From the IMG/VR virus record IMGVR_UViG_3300027917_000037: a stretch of 64,000 bases of DNA; one strand, given 5' to 3'. Position numbers and translations under genes: made by a program. This stretch comes from an uncultured virus (IMG/VR IMGVR_UViG_3300027917_000037) (Duplodnaviria > Heunggongvirae > Uroviricota > Caudoviricetes). Positions 9,501-16,865 of the stretch are shown piece after piece (within the stretch, counting starts at the first letter, position 1; the number at the start of each line of letters is the position of its first letter). The notes beneath the pieces are model-generated. The model worked only from the letters and a program-made list of their open reading frames with translations. It did no database searches and was not told the origin of the DNA.

Positions 9501-10532
9501 AAAAGGCGCGAAATGGTTCGTCAGGCTGAAGAACTGTTAGCTCCTGTTGAAGAACCAGTTGCTGAGGGAGGAGATATCGAGGAGGCAGTGAAGGCCGCTC
9601 TTGAGAAAATTCTTGCAGAGAAGGGCTTGGATTTAGATAAGTTCTTGGGCGAAGAGGCTGCCGAGCCAGAGCATCAACTTGATGAGGATGTAGCATTTGA
9701 GGTTGATGATCTGGAGGTTGACGACATGGCACTTGATGATCAATTAGCACAACTTTTAGAGGAGGAAGATATGGGCGAATTTGAAGATGAAGTTGAAGCC
9801 GATGATGGCGCTCTCGAAACTACTGCTGAAGATCGTCGTGCTTGGAGAGCAAAGGTTGCGGCTGAATATCAGTTGAAACTTGATCCAGAAAAGGCAGTTG
9901 AAACAGATATGCCTCTTGGGAAAAGCCATTCTGTTGAAGGGCTTGATACCAAGACTCCAGAGGCTGAGGTAGAAGGTATTGTAGAAATGCATAACAAGAT
10001 TATGCAACAGGTTAAAACTCTTCCAAAAGTTAGGGAGGCTATGGAGCATCTTGGTAGTCTTTTAAAGTCTGGTGAGCTGACTGTTGCTGATCTGGATAAT
10101 GAAGAGAAATTGGTTGCTCTTGCTGTTGATCCAGCTGCTGCTCAATATTGGAAACAGTATTGGGGACAAGGTGACCAGGCAAGCAAGCAGTTTGGTACCG
10201 AGTTAGTTAAGGAAGTTTCCAAGAAGAAAGCACAAGCAAGCCTTGATGAAGAGAAGGCTAAGATGCGTCGCGCTTATGATATCGCTCTTGAAATGCAGGA
10301 TAGGGGACTCATTTCAGATGATCCAAAGACACTTCATGCTCAAGTAGATGAAATCATGAAGTTTGATAACAAGGCTTTTGAGTCGTACAAACTTGCAGTT
10401 TCCAGGGTTGTAAAACCATCTGCTGTTAAGACTGCTGCTCCCGCTCTTCAGGTTGGGGTTAATTCTGACGAATCTATTACTCCTACTGAGCAGGGTGCAA
10501 ATCTGGTAGATCAACTTAAGAAAATGTGGTAA
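6591..10532 (+). CDS. Prohead protease-scaffold fusion
   Basis: N-terminal NNNGDIF...LCKDH...RGIIVD...VSMG..CFECGN...YCQC...ELSLVVTGADPRA resembles phage head-maturation proteases; followed by a long acidic coiled-coil region; lies upstream of the major capsid gene. Confidence 0.75.
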   Translation: MVIFKTANFNFSVDEVYGSDFVDRNKHLATRISNPDVADIDEEIKGRFKKFAQGLKKVAPKAKDFLYFSCVMMHSSEAALINQDTGEPILKDGEPITAEWEINNKTGSWKWKCSDPNIRPYKNNNGDIFPEGELKRAYRNWIGRPLCKDHQSSSVDGIRGIIVDTYYDDKRKRVIALCALDKINYPDLARKVATGYANNVSMGTAVGKSICFECGNVAKVEADYCQCVRSKSTYGEINIDLSPIELSLVVTGADPRAQLRNVIASLDKYSSEKQARIEELRRAGCVTPGELERLEKEVNDLRKTVQSVLDLISLEKKAGIEEGEHTELRNLYEALEGAKKSGNEAAVKAIEARIAEVTDVDEKPTEVEPARSTGGDGFRMETEKAPYQIPEDFESRLANDGINSINKKLDAMGHALRDLTEGVQEVKNYKEEQIMSDKLRERAAARRAMFQKSAYFQGGGGVNEPQTYPKDPMAEKVRDKEDKQMVGEGMEPGSDGLAGDDLSLKQKLLRAEEEVRKLRREALLSSGEGVITTTDGKKLVPVQSPDGKTTYKEVASGAADDVEQDGIDAAVERYLKAYFQGGGGVNEPQTYPKDSMAEKVRDKEDKQMVGEGMEPGSDGLAGDDLSVKQKLLRAKLRAKFVMAFKNDDKTIIDKDNSRWEIYAGTEKVLTASGKQTFEDELEANWENFASKRYGREVLRAIRADGLDKVAEMLTGKGLEKTAQPPMPIPEGAPPTPEAAPPIPEAEEGKEEGGKDPVGTAVDALTEHLEEAEKALGDLKDALEETTGETEAALPSPAEADDEGCAVCDQEADDMAMAAAEEVTSTVQEVYNALDESADELAMLAESLESRVKAGKTAEDDVTSELLRLSTEAMKESEELRKEASLIVEAAKKDKKDEDKEEEKEDKKEKKEDKKEKKEDKKEKKEDKKEKKEDKEEEKEEEGEKEEKEENGKKKTKAEVLLENLLKARATKRREMVRQAEELLAPVEEPVAEGGDIEEAVKAALEKILAEKGLDLDKFLGEEAAEPEHQLDEDVAFEVDDLEVDDMALDDQLAQLLEEEDMGEFEDEVEADDGALETTAEDRRAWRAKVAAEYQLKLDPEKAVETDMPLGKSHSVEGLDTKTPEAEVEGIVEMHNKIMQQVKTLPKVREAMEHLGSLLKSGELTVADLDNEEKLVALAVDPAAAQYWKQYWGQGDQASKQFGTELVKEVSKKKAQASLDEEKAKMRRAYDIALEMQDRGLISDDPKTLHAQVDEIMKFDNKAFESYKLAVSRVVKPSAVKTAAPALQVGVNSDESITPTEQGANLVDQLKKMW
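7893..10532 (+). CDS. Putative nested in-frame scaffold protein (internal start)
   Basis: AAGGAGG at 7878-7884, 8 nt before an in-frame ATG at 7893 (MSDKLRE...). Confidence 0.6.
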   Translation: MSDKLRERAAARRAMFQKSAYFQGGGGVNEPQTYPKDPMAEKVRDKEDKQMVGEGMEPGSDGLAGDDLSLKQKLLRAEEEVRKLRREALLSSGEGVITTTDGKKLVPVQSPDGKTTYKEVASGAADDVEQDGIDAAVERYLKAYFQGGGGVNEPQTYPKDSMAEKVRDKEDKQMVGEGMEPGSDGLAGDDLSVKQKLLRAKLRAKFVMAFKNDDKTIIDKDNSRWEIYAGTEKVLTASGKQTFEDELEANWENFASKRYGREVLRAIRADGLDKVAEMLTGKGLEKTAQPPMPIPEGAPPTPEAAPPIPEAEEGKEEGGKDPVGTAVDALTEHLEEAEKALGDLKDALEETTGETEAALPSPAEADDEGCAVCDQEADDMAMAAAEEVTSTVQEVYNALDESADELAMLAESLESRVKAGKTAEDDVTSELLRLSTEAMKESEELRKEASLIVEAAKKDKKDEDKEEEKEDKKEKKEDKKEKKEDKKEKKEDKKEKKEDKEEEKEEEGEKEEKEENGKKKTKAEVLLENLLKARATKRREMVRQAEELLAPVEEPVAEGGDIEEAVKAALEKILAEKGLDLDKFLGEEAAEPEHQLDEDVAFEVDDLEVDDMALDDQLAQLLEEEDMGEFEDEVEADDGALETTAEDRRAWRAKVAAEYQLKLDPEKAVETDMPLGKSHSVEGLDTKTPEAEVEGIVEMHNKIMQQVKTLPKVREAMEHLGSLLKSGELTVADLDNEEKLVALAVDPAAAQYWKQYWGQGDQASKQFGTELVKEVSKKKAQASLDEEKAKMRRAYDIALEMQDRGLISDDPKTLHAQVDEIMKFDNKAFESYKLAVSRVVKPSAVKTAAPALQVGVNSDESITPTEQGANLVDQLKKMW
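7950..8492 (+). repeat. Two 174-bp (58-aa) direct repeats: 7950-8123 and 8319-8492
   Basis: AYFQGGGGVNEPQTYPKD[P/S]MAEKVRDKEDKQMVGEGMEPGSDGLAGDDLS[L/V]KQKLLRA; the copies differ mainly at synonymous sites. Confidence 0.95.
9300..9392 (+). repeat. Perfect 21-bp tandem repeat, 4 copies plus a partial, encoding EDKKEKK
   Basis: (GAGGATAAGAAGGAGAAGAAA)4 GAGGATAAG. Confidence 0.95.
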
Positions 10533-10541
10533 CGCTTAACA

Positions 10542-10580
10542 AGTTTGGGGGAGTTTAAACTCCCCCAAACTCTTTTTCTT
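10542..10580 (+). terminator. Intrinsic terminator after the protease-scaffold gene
   Basis: Perfect 30-bp palindrome AGTTTGGGGGAGTTTAAACTCCCCCAAACT followed by CTTTTTCTT. Confidence 0.75.
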
Positions 10581-10598
10581 ATGGAAAAGGATATTCTT

Positions 10599-10775
10599 AT
10601 GACAATTACAAAAAAAGAATTAGAACTTGAATTTATTTCTTTGGAAAAATTTGGTTTAACTGAAGAAGAGTTGGAAGGGTATTTTGAGTTTTTTGAGGAT
10701 GCCTTTCAAATTGAAGATTCTAAAGTAAAGAAGATTAGAGTACTAAATACTAAAAAGAAAAAGGTGATGCAATGA
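10599..10775 (+). CDS. Small hypothetical protein
   Basis: ATG 10599 follows AAGGA; the track start (10545) lies inside the terminator. Confidence 0.5.
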   Translation: MTITKKELELEFISLEKFGLTEEELEGYFEFFEDAFQIEDSKVKKIRVLNTKKKKVMQ

Positions 10776-11005
10776 CCATTTATAAATCAGCGGCTGATGA
10801 AATTGCAGAGGCGATGATAGAGGCATTAGAAAAGGAAGCTGCTAGGTGGCCTGTTAGTTGGGAGGCGTTTAAAAAGGTTGTTGATAGTGCGACAAAATGT
10901 GAAGACTTGAAGACGCCCCAATCATGGATTGAACAGGGAAGATGTGCGATGTTTCAAGATCGTGCAATCGCCTATCTTGGTAAAAAAAGAACAGAATTGT
11001 GTTAA
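10772..11005 (+). CDS. Small head-region protein, paralog of the 11033 N-terminus
   Basis: YKSAADEIAEAMIEALEKEA versus IKYANEIAEAMAKTL...LKEA. Confidence 0.65.
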   Translation: MTIYKSAADEIAEAMIEALEKEAARWPVSWEAFKKVVDSATKCEDLKTPQSWIEQGRCAMFQDRAIAYLGKKRTELC

Positions 11006-11032
11006 CAATAATTATAGGAGGCATAGAAAAAA

Positions 11033-11530
11033 ATGACTAGCCTTAAGATTAAATATGCAAATGAAATTGCAGAAGCGATGGCTAAAACTCTTGGAGACGG
11101 GGAATTTACCAGCGTTTTTCTCAAAGAAGCCGACATGGGTCGTGGCAGCCCGGCTTTTACTAAATTTGTTGGTGATTTTCCTGCTGCCGCCGACAAAGAA
11201 ACAGGATTAGCAATATGGAACGAAAATTCTGGCGGCTTTGAGGAAGAAGAGGTTCCTATGGCTCAAAAAATGTGGGCTGATAAGTTTGGACAGCCTGTTC
11301 CTCCAGTCAGCCAGGCTGATGATGTTCAAATGGTTGAAGACGAGCAATTAGCCACAGACCCGTGTGTTTGCGAGAAGGAAGAAGAGGCTGATGATCATTT
11401 TGACATTGCAGCCGATTTTACTCTGGAACATCTTGCTAAATTGGCCGATACTCTCGATAGAAAGGGTTTTTCTAAAATTGCAGATGTTATCGATGAGACG
11501 ATGAAGACGATCGCTTCAAAAAAAAAATAA
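11033..11530 (+). CDS. Acidic head-region protein with the helical-hairpin motif; ends in an A10 run
   Basis: AGGAGG RBS; LAKLADTLDRKGFSKIADVIDETMK. Confidence 0.7.
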   Translation: MTSLKIKYANEIAEAMAKTLGDGEFTSVFLKEADMGRGSPAFTKFVGDFPAAADKETGLAIWNENSGGFEEEEVPMAQKMWADKFGQPVPPVSQADDVQMVEDEQLATDPCVCEKEEEADDHFDIAADFTLEHLAKLADTLDRKGFSKIADVIDETMKTIASKKK

Positions 11531-11805
11531 AAACTAGGTATAAAACCTGGAAGGGTAAAGAAGAAAAACCGCCCAAAGGAGCAGCCCATAAGGCTCCTAA
11601 AAAATGGTTTGCCGAAATGGTAAAAAATGTTATGTCTGGGAAAAGGAAGGGAAAGAATACTGACGATGGTCAAGAGGCTTCCGATAAAATTTCTAGAAAA
11701 AGGGCTGAAGAGATAGTTGGTAATATTTGGGATAATGAATTAACAGATGCAAAACGCAAAGAAATCTACAAGCGCTATGGTAAAACCAAGAGCCCAAACA
11801 AATAA
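11521..11805 (+). CDS. Basic -1-frame extension of the 11033 gene (track ORF 11617-11805)
   Basis: The -1 frame is open from the A10 run (11518-11527) through 11805; no obvious RBS before ATG 11617. Confidence 0.5.
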   Translation, partial: KKIKTRYKTWKGKEEKPPKGAAHKAPKKWFAEMVKNVMSGKRKGKNTDDGQEASDKISRKRAEEIVGNIWDNELTDAKRKEIYKRYGKTKSPNK

Positions 11806-11817
11806 TTGGGAGAAACT

Positions 11818-12510
11818 ATGTTAAAGATTATTCAGGCTGGAAATGCACTTCCATTCTCATATCCTGTTGATATTACATCCACTTTTCAGCCAGGTCAAAT
11901 AGGTCAGTTAAAACTTATTGGTCAAGATATTGTGGTTGGGTTATCTGATGGAACAGCACCGTTGGGAATTATAGATGATATTAGAACCAGTGCTTTTACT
12001 CAAACCGTTGTGGATGAAGTGGTTATTATAGCGGGAGCTGATATATATACTGACGGATATCGTTATTTTAATGGAACTGCATCAAGACAGGAATTAAATA
12101 ATGCTGGGTTAATGGCATCCAGTTTTATAGCCGATTATGAAGGGTTGGTTTTAAACCCAGTTAATGGTGTTTTAACTCTTCCTGCGGATGCGTTATTAAA
12201 CTGGGATGCTGATGGTGATGGCAATCCAGATAGCGTAAAGACAGTTGTAAATTATGTTTATCAAGTTCCATCGCTACCAGGCGATGATACAACTATTGGA
12301 AGCAACAGGATAACCATCTGGTTTCAAAGAGGTATTTTTGCTACAGACCAATTTGATTCTTTACAAAGATATCCTGTAAATGCAACTTTATTTGTTAATG
12401 AAGAGGGGAAGTTGACAAGCAGTCAACCAACATCTAATCATCCAGGTGTTGCAATGGTGACTGGGCCACCTTCATCTAATGTATCAAGTTTGGAATTTTT
12501 GTGGCTATAA
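11818..12510 (+). CDS. Putative capsid decoration/minor head protein
   Basis: Beta-rich; GSNRITIWFQRGIFATD...LFVNEEGKLT...VAMV parallels the 18396 protein; ATG 11818 follows GGGAG. Confidence 0.55.
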   Translation: MLKIIQAGNALPFSYPVDITSTFQPGQIGQLKLIGQDIVVGLSDGTAPLGIIDDIRTSAFTQTVVDEVVIIAGADIYTDGYRYFNGTASRQELNNAGLMASSFIADYEGLVLNPVNGVLTLPADALLNWDADGDGNPDSVKTVVNYVYQVPSLPGDDTTIGSNRITIWFQRGIFATDQFDSLQRYPVNATLFVNEEGKLTSSQPTSNHPGVAMVTGPPSSNVSSLEFLWL

Positions 12511-12528
12511 ATATTTGGAGGACATCTT

Positions 12529-12903
12529 ATGACTTTTTCAAAAGAAGACAAGGCTGCTTGGTTGGACAGCGAAATTATACGGGAGTTTGAAAAGATTGCT
12601 TTAGAAACAGATGTCCTCAATGGACCTCCTGCGGAGGCTTTCCAACCCCTTGAAACCGAAGAGGAGAAAGTATGGGAAGATGAAAGTGATGAAGATAAAC
12701 TCTTATCTGCCATTGAAGAGTTAGGTGTTACAGAAGAAGGAGAAGGGGATTTAAAGAAGGAACTTTCAGAAGTTTTTACTGCAAATCTTGTAACAAATCT
12801 CCAAAAACTTGCTCATCAGTTGGCAACAGAGTCCAAAATGAAAGCCGCTTATAAAATAGAGCGAACGATTATGAAATTAAAAAATCTACAGGGAGGCAAG
12901 TAA
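12529..12903 (+). CDS. Small head-region protein
   Basis: SEIIREFEKIALE shared with the 12904 and 16862 N-termini; C-terminal helical-hairpin motif. Confidence 0.65.
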   Translation: MTFSKEDKAAWLDSEIIREFEKIALETDVLNGPPAEAFQPLETEEEKVWEDESDEDKLLSAIEELGVTEEGEGDLKKELSEVFTANLVTNLQKLAHQLATESKMKAAYKIERTIMKLKNLQGGK

Positions 12904-15828
12904 ATGGCCAGGATTAATTTTGGAAACTCTATTATGGAGGAGTTTGAAAAAATAGCTCTTGAAAAAGGTTGGGTTATTAATAAAGAAGCTGCGCTGGACC
13001 CTAATATACAAAGGATGTGGGGTAGTTTAAATAATGAGCAAAAGGATAAAATAATTCCTGGTTGGCACAAACTTCTTCGTATGGATTTAGAAGACGCTTT
13101 GTCCGATCCGCAAATTGCTGAGCCTCTTTTGAAAGAATATAGATCAAACATGCCAGCGAAAGAAGTTCCAAAAGCAGAACCAAAACCAAAAGGTAATAAA
13201 ACCATTTATAGACTTCAACAGATTTTACATAGTGCAACTGGGATGCCTATGAGCAGGCGTCCTAGGGGCGTACCCGATGGGTTTTGGGGACCTATGAGTG
13301 CGGCTGCTTGGAATAAATATATTAAGAGTTTTAATATGCCACCATTTATTATTGAAGCGGAAGGTAATAAATTGCCGCCCATAGAGGATATTAAATGGAT
13401 ACTGGAAAATTCTGGTTCCGCCAAGAAAAAACCCGCTGAGACTGGAACACCAGTAGATGTTGAATTACCTACAATTCCAAGTCCAAGTCCTGTATCAACT
13501 GGGCCAGCGACAAAGGAGCATATACCAATGAGAGTTGATGATATGGCTATGGTTGCTTCTGCTGTAAGTGAACTTACCTCTCTTGCCAATGATCTTGAAG
13601 AAATGGGTGAAGAAAAAGTAGCCCTTGCAATAGATGAACAACTTAAATTATATAAAGAAGCAACTGACAAACTATATGATGTTATTGGAGAAACCGGCGA
13701 GCAACTTATTAATAGTGCCCACCCAGGTGGAGGCCCGACGCTCGTTCCTGCTGCCGAAGAAGGTGGTAAAGTAGAGACTATTGTTGAAGAGCATAAAAAA
13801 GTGGTTGATAAAACTTTAAAACAACCAACTGGTAAAGTTGCTGAAATATTGACCAAACTTATTGTTACGGCTAACCAACTTGAGGATGCTGGGGATATTG
13901 AGGCTGCAAAACTTGTTGATAAAACGATTGGAGAAGTTCAACAGGCGATAGACCCTTTCGTAAATAGGAGTGCAGTTTCCGAGACGGCTAACTCCGAGGA
14001 CAACGAAGTCTCGGTTAAGATCGCAGCAAACAAAGAACTTGACAAATATATAGGGCTTTGGGATAAAGCCATGCATATTTATAATAGTTTATATAAAGAT
14101 ATTTTTGGTTTTGCTACTGGCAGTTTTAGGCTTAGGTTAAAGCCAGATGTAACTGAGGGTGTAAGAGCATTACGAGAAGCATTTAAGTCCGCCCTTCCTA
14201 AAATAAATGACACCTCTAGTGTATGGAAGGAGGGGTGGCTTGATAAGAAGCAGTTAATAACACGTCTTTCAAATATTATTGGAATATTAAATGTAGGTCA
14301 TGACAAAATTGCTGCAGGTATGACAGATGCATTCTATTTCGATAGTGATGTTGATGGTGGAATTACTCGCTATAAGAAGATGATAAAGTTATGGTGGAAA
14401 TTACTAGGCGCTGTTAAAAATGATCTTAAGCGTGAAAAGGCGCCGAAAAAATTTGAACAAGGGGATGAGGTAATTAGGGTTAAATATTTAAAGTTATTGA
14501 AATTTTTGAAAAGTTTTGTAGTGCAGAATGTTATACCTATCTCCAAAATGCTTGGTGATGCTAAGCGCAAGGAATTAGAAACATGGATTAAAAACCGTTT
14601 ATATAACATCGAAAAACGCAAATCTGATGATAAGTTGCATCATGTACCAACTGCTGCAGAAGTAGTTGGCCTTCAACAATGGATTCAAAGTTTGCGTTCA
14701 GTAATTAAGAAGGCTTCTGTGAATCAAAACATTATTCGTACTGCTCAGCCTCCTGGAGCACCACCGATTGCATTACCTGGAATGAAGGGTCCGGCCAAAA
14801 GGCGTGCACCGAGTGGTAGAAGAGTAGTACGTAAGGATCCACAGGTTGAAGCATTACAGCAAGCAATGATTACTGCCGGTTTTCTTGCACCAGGTGAAGC
14901 TGATGGTTGGTGGGGACCTAAAACTGCTGCAGCATATAATAAAATGGTAGGGTCAGCTCCAATTGGGGTTAATATTCCACAAATACCAAATCCAAAAAGA
15001 CAGCGTCATGCAATGCGTCCTATAAATATGTTGGCATATGCTACTAAATTAGCACAATATATGGCATCAGAGAAACGTAAAAACTATGGTGCTATTCCTA
15101 TTGGTGGCGGATTTCAAATATCTTTACTGGATGTTTTTAAACCTGCACGGAAATTTATGGAATTGTTAAGTCAAAAATTCCAACACAATATGTCTGCTGA
15201 GGGAGCACTACAAGTTGTTGAAGAACTTCAGAATTATGTTGACACTAATAAAGCGGCAATGACAGTGAAGGATCCGCGTTCTGTACAGCAATGGAAAGAG
15301 GGTTTGGCAAGACTTAGTAAATCGCTTCCTGGAACACCAACTGTTGTGTTCAGAGGCGGGAAAGCCAAACCAGGAGGGCAACAACCTGGGCAGGCTGGAC
15401 AATTTGGACAGGCTGGAACTCCAACTGGCACAGTTAAAGTATATCTCCCTGGAAGTCTTTTAGGAAAATATAAAGGCGAAGGAATCAACTCTGCTGCCGA
15501 TTTTGCGGAAGCATTTGGTAGCCTTCCCTTGAGACAATGGTTGCGAAGTTTTCAAATTTTCAAAAATATATCCAGAAAACTAGGAATGACTCCCCAAACA
15601 TATGTAAAGCAAGTTAATGATATTCTAAGTGATATTCAGATAGCCATTCAAAAGTATAGAGGCAAAGTAGATTATTTTGATATTGGTGGCAAGAAGGTTC
15701 CATTGGTAGAGGTTGTAAATTTTATTAATATGTATCAAGGAGATGTGAATCTTTTGGCTGAAGATCTTAAGGCAGATCTTAATGCTCCAGAAGAATTAAA
15801 ACCAAAGGTACCAACATGGGCGAAATAA
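12904..15828 (+). CDS. Large putative internal/ejection protein with two peptidoglycan-binding-like domains
   Basis: IYRLQQIL...PDGFWGPMSAAAW and VEALQQAM...ADGWWGPKTAAAY; two helical-hairpin motifs; several K-x-A motifs. Confidence 0.65.
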   Translation: MARINFGNSIMEEFEKIALEKGWVINKEAALDPNIQRMWGSLNNEQKDKIIPGWHKLLRMDLEDALSDPQIAEPLLKEYRSNMPAKEVPKAEPKPKGNKTIYRLQQILHSATGMPMSRRPRGVPDGFWGPMSAAAWNKYIKSFNMPPFIIEAEGNKLPPIEDIKWILENSGSAKKKPAETGTPVDVELPTIPSPSPVSTGPATKEHIPMRVDDMAMVASAVSELTSLANDLEEMGEEKVALAIDEQLKLYKEATDKLYDVIGETGEQLINSAHPGGGPTLVPAAEEGGKVETIVEEHKKVVDKTLKQPTGKVAEILTKLIVTANQLEDAGDIEAAKLVDKTIGEVQQAIDPFVNRSAVSETANSEDNEVSVKIAANKELDKYIGLWDKAMHIYNSLYKDIFGFATGSFRLRLKPDVTEGVRALREAFKSALPKINDTSSVWKEGWLDKKQLITRLSNIIGILNVGHDKIAAGMTDAFYFDSDVDGGITRYKKMIKLWWKLLGAVKNDLKREKAPKKFEQGDEVIRVKYLKLLKFLKSFVVQNVIPISKMLGDAKRKELETWIKNRLYNIEKRKSDDKLHHVPTAAEVVGLQQWIQSLRSVIKKASVNQNIIRTAQPPGAPPIALPGMKGPAKRRAPSGRRVVRKDPQVEALQQAMITAGFLAPGEADGWWGPKTAAAYNKMVGSAPIGVNIPQIPNPKRQRHAMRPINMLAYATKLAQYMASEKRKNYGAIPIGGGFQISLLDVFKPARKFMELLSQKFQHNMSAEGALQVVEELQNYVDTNKAAMTVKDPRSVQQWKEGLARLSKSLPGTPTVVFRGGKAKPGGQQPGQAGQFGQAGTPTGTVKVYLPGSLLGKYKGEGINSAADFAEAFGSLPLRQWLRSFQIFKNISRKLGMTPQTYVKQVNDILSDIQIAIQKYRGKVDYFDIGGKKVPLVEVVNFINMYQGDVNLLAEDLKADLNAPEELKPKVPTWAK

Positions 15829-16865
15829 TCTATTTAAATAAACAAGCGGGTTTTGTTGAAGATGCCTTGAGAACAATCAAGGATAAAACGCATTTGTTTG
15901 ATCGCCCATTTGAAACGATTTTTGGTGCTATGCTTCCTATGATAATTTGGCCCAGATCCAAAATGCTTGGCGCTTTATTTTTTGTTGCTGAAGTATTAGG
16001 ATATGGTGGAAGTAATTTAGGTAAACTTATTGATAGGGCTGTTGGGTTTGGGACTAGTGGTAAACCTAATTTATCTGACGAAAGTCTTAAAGGTGCCGCC
16101 ACGGGTGTTATTGATAAAATATTGGCTAAATTGGGAATAAAAGCAGAATCGATGGCTAAAGATTTGTGTGAAATAAAACAATCCATAGAGATCCACGATT
16201 TGGTAACAATTGCTGCTTATGTTAAACAAAACCCAAACATTAAGGTTGCTTACCCTGGTAGGACCAGGTTTTTGCGTCGATTTCTAATGAAAACAAGTAG
16301 GGGTGGCAGATTGGGTCTTATTAATGGTTTGTGGTGGGTTTTGAAGACATTTGCTAAAGGCTTGGTTGGGTTAGGAATTGCGGGTGGTATCGCTGGTACG
16401 GTAGGCCTCAAACCTTCAGGAAAACCAGGTGTTGCTCCCGGTGAGGGTGGCGGCTTGGAAAAATTATTCCCGCCTAGCAGAGAATCTAAACCATTATTAA
16501 TGAGGGAACAAAAAACAGACCTTTATCTTAACACACAAAATAATGTGGAAGCTACTTTAATCCACTTCCTTGATGCCCAGTATAAAATAAAGTTTAAAGA
16601 CAAGGGAAAATATATGACTTTTTCCCAAATGTTCAAAGAATTGAATGGATATCCGTTAAAAGGTTCTGGGGAGATGCGAGATATATTAAAGTTGGTTGAA
16701 GGGTTAAGTTGGGGAGAACTTGAACAAATAGACAATAAACGCACTTTTGTTGGACCGAAATTAGAGGCAATTGCTAAAAAACTGCTTCCAGTGATGAAGT
16801 TAGAAAGTGGCGTTACCGAAATTGACAAAGACTTAGCACATGCTTTGCGAGGAGTCTATAAATGA
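15816..16865 (+). CDS. Putative internal/ejection protein with hydrophobic Gly-rich segments
   Basis: LNKQA and IKVA motifs; GLWWVLKTFAKGLVGLGIAGGIAGTVGL. Confidence 0.55.
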   Translation: MGEIIYLNKQAGFVEDALRTIKDKTHLFDRPFETIFGAMLPMIIWPRSKMLGALFFVAEVLGYGGSNLGKLIDRAVGFGTSGKPNLSDESLKGAATGVIDKILAKLGIKAESMAKDLCEIKQSIEIHDLVTIAAYVKQNPNIKVAYPGRTRFLRRFLMKTSRGGRLGLINGLWWVLKTFAKGLVGLGIAGGIAGTVGLKPSGKPGVAPGEGGGLEKLFPPSRESKPLLMREQKTDLYLNTQNNVEATLIHFLDAQYKIKFKDKGKYMTFSQMFKELNGYPLKGSGEMRDILKLVEGLSWGELEQIDNKRTFVGPKLEAIAKKLLPVMKLESGVTEIDKDLAHALRGVYK

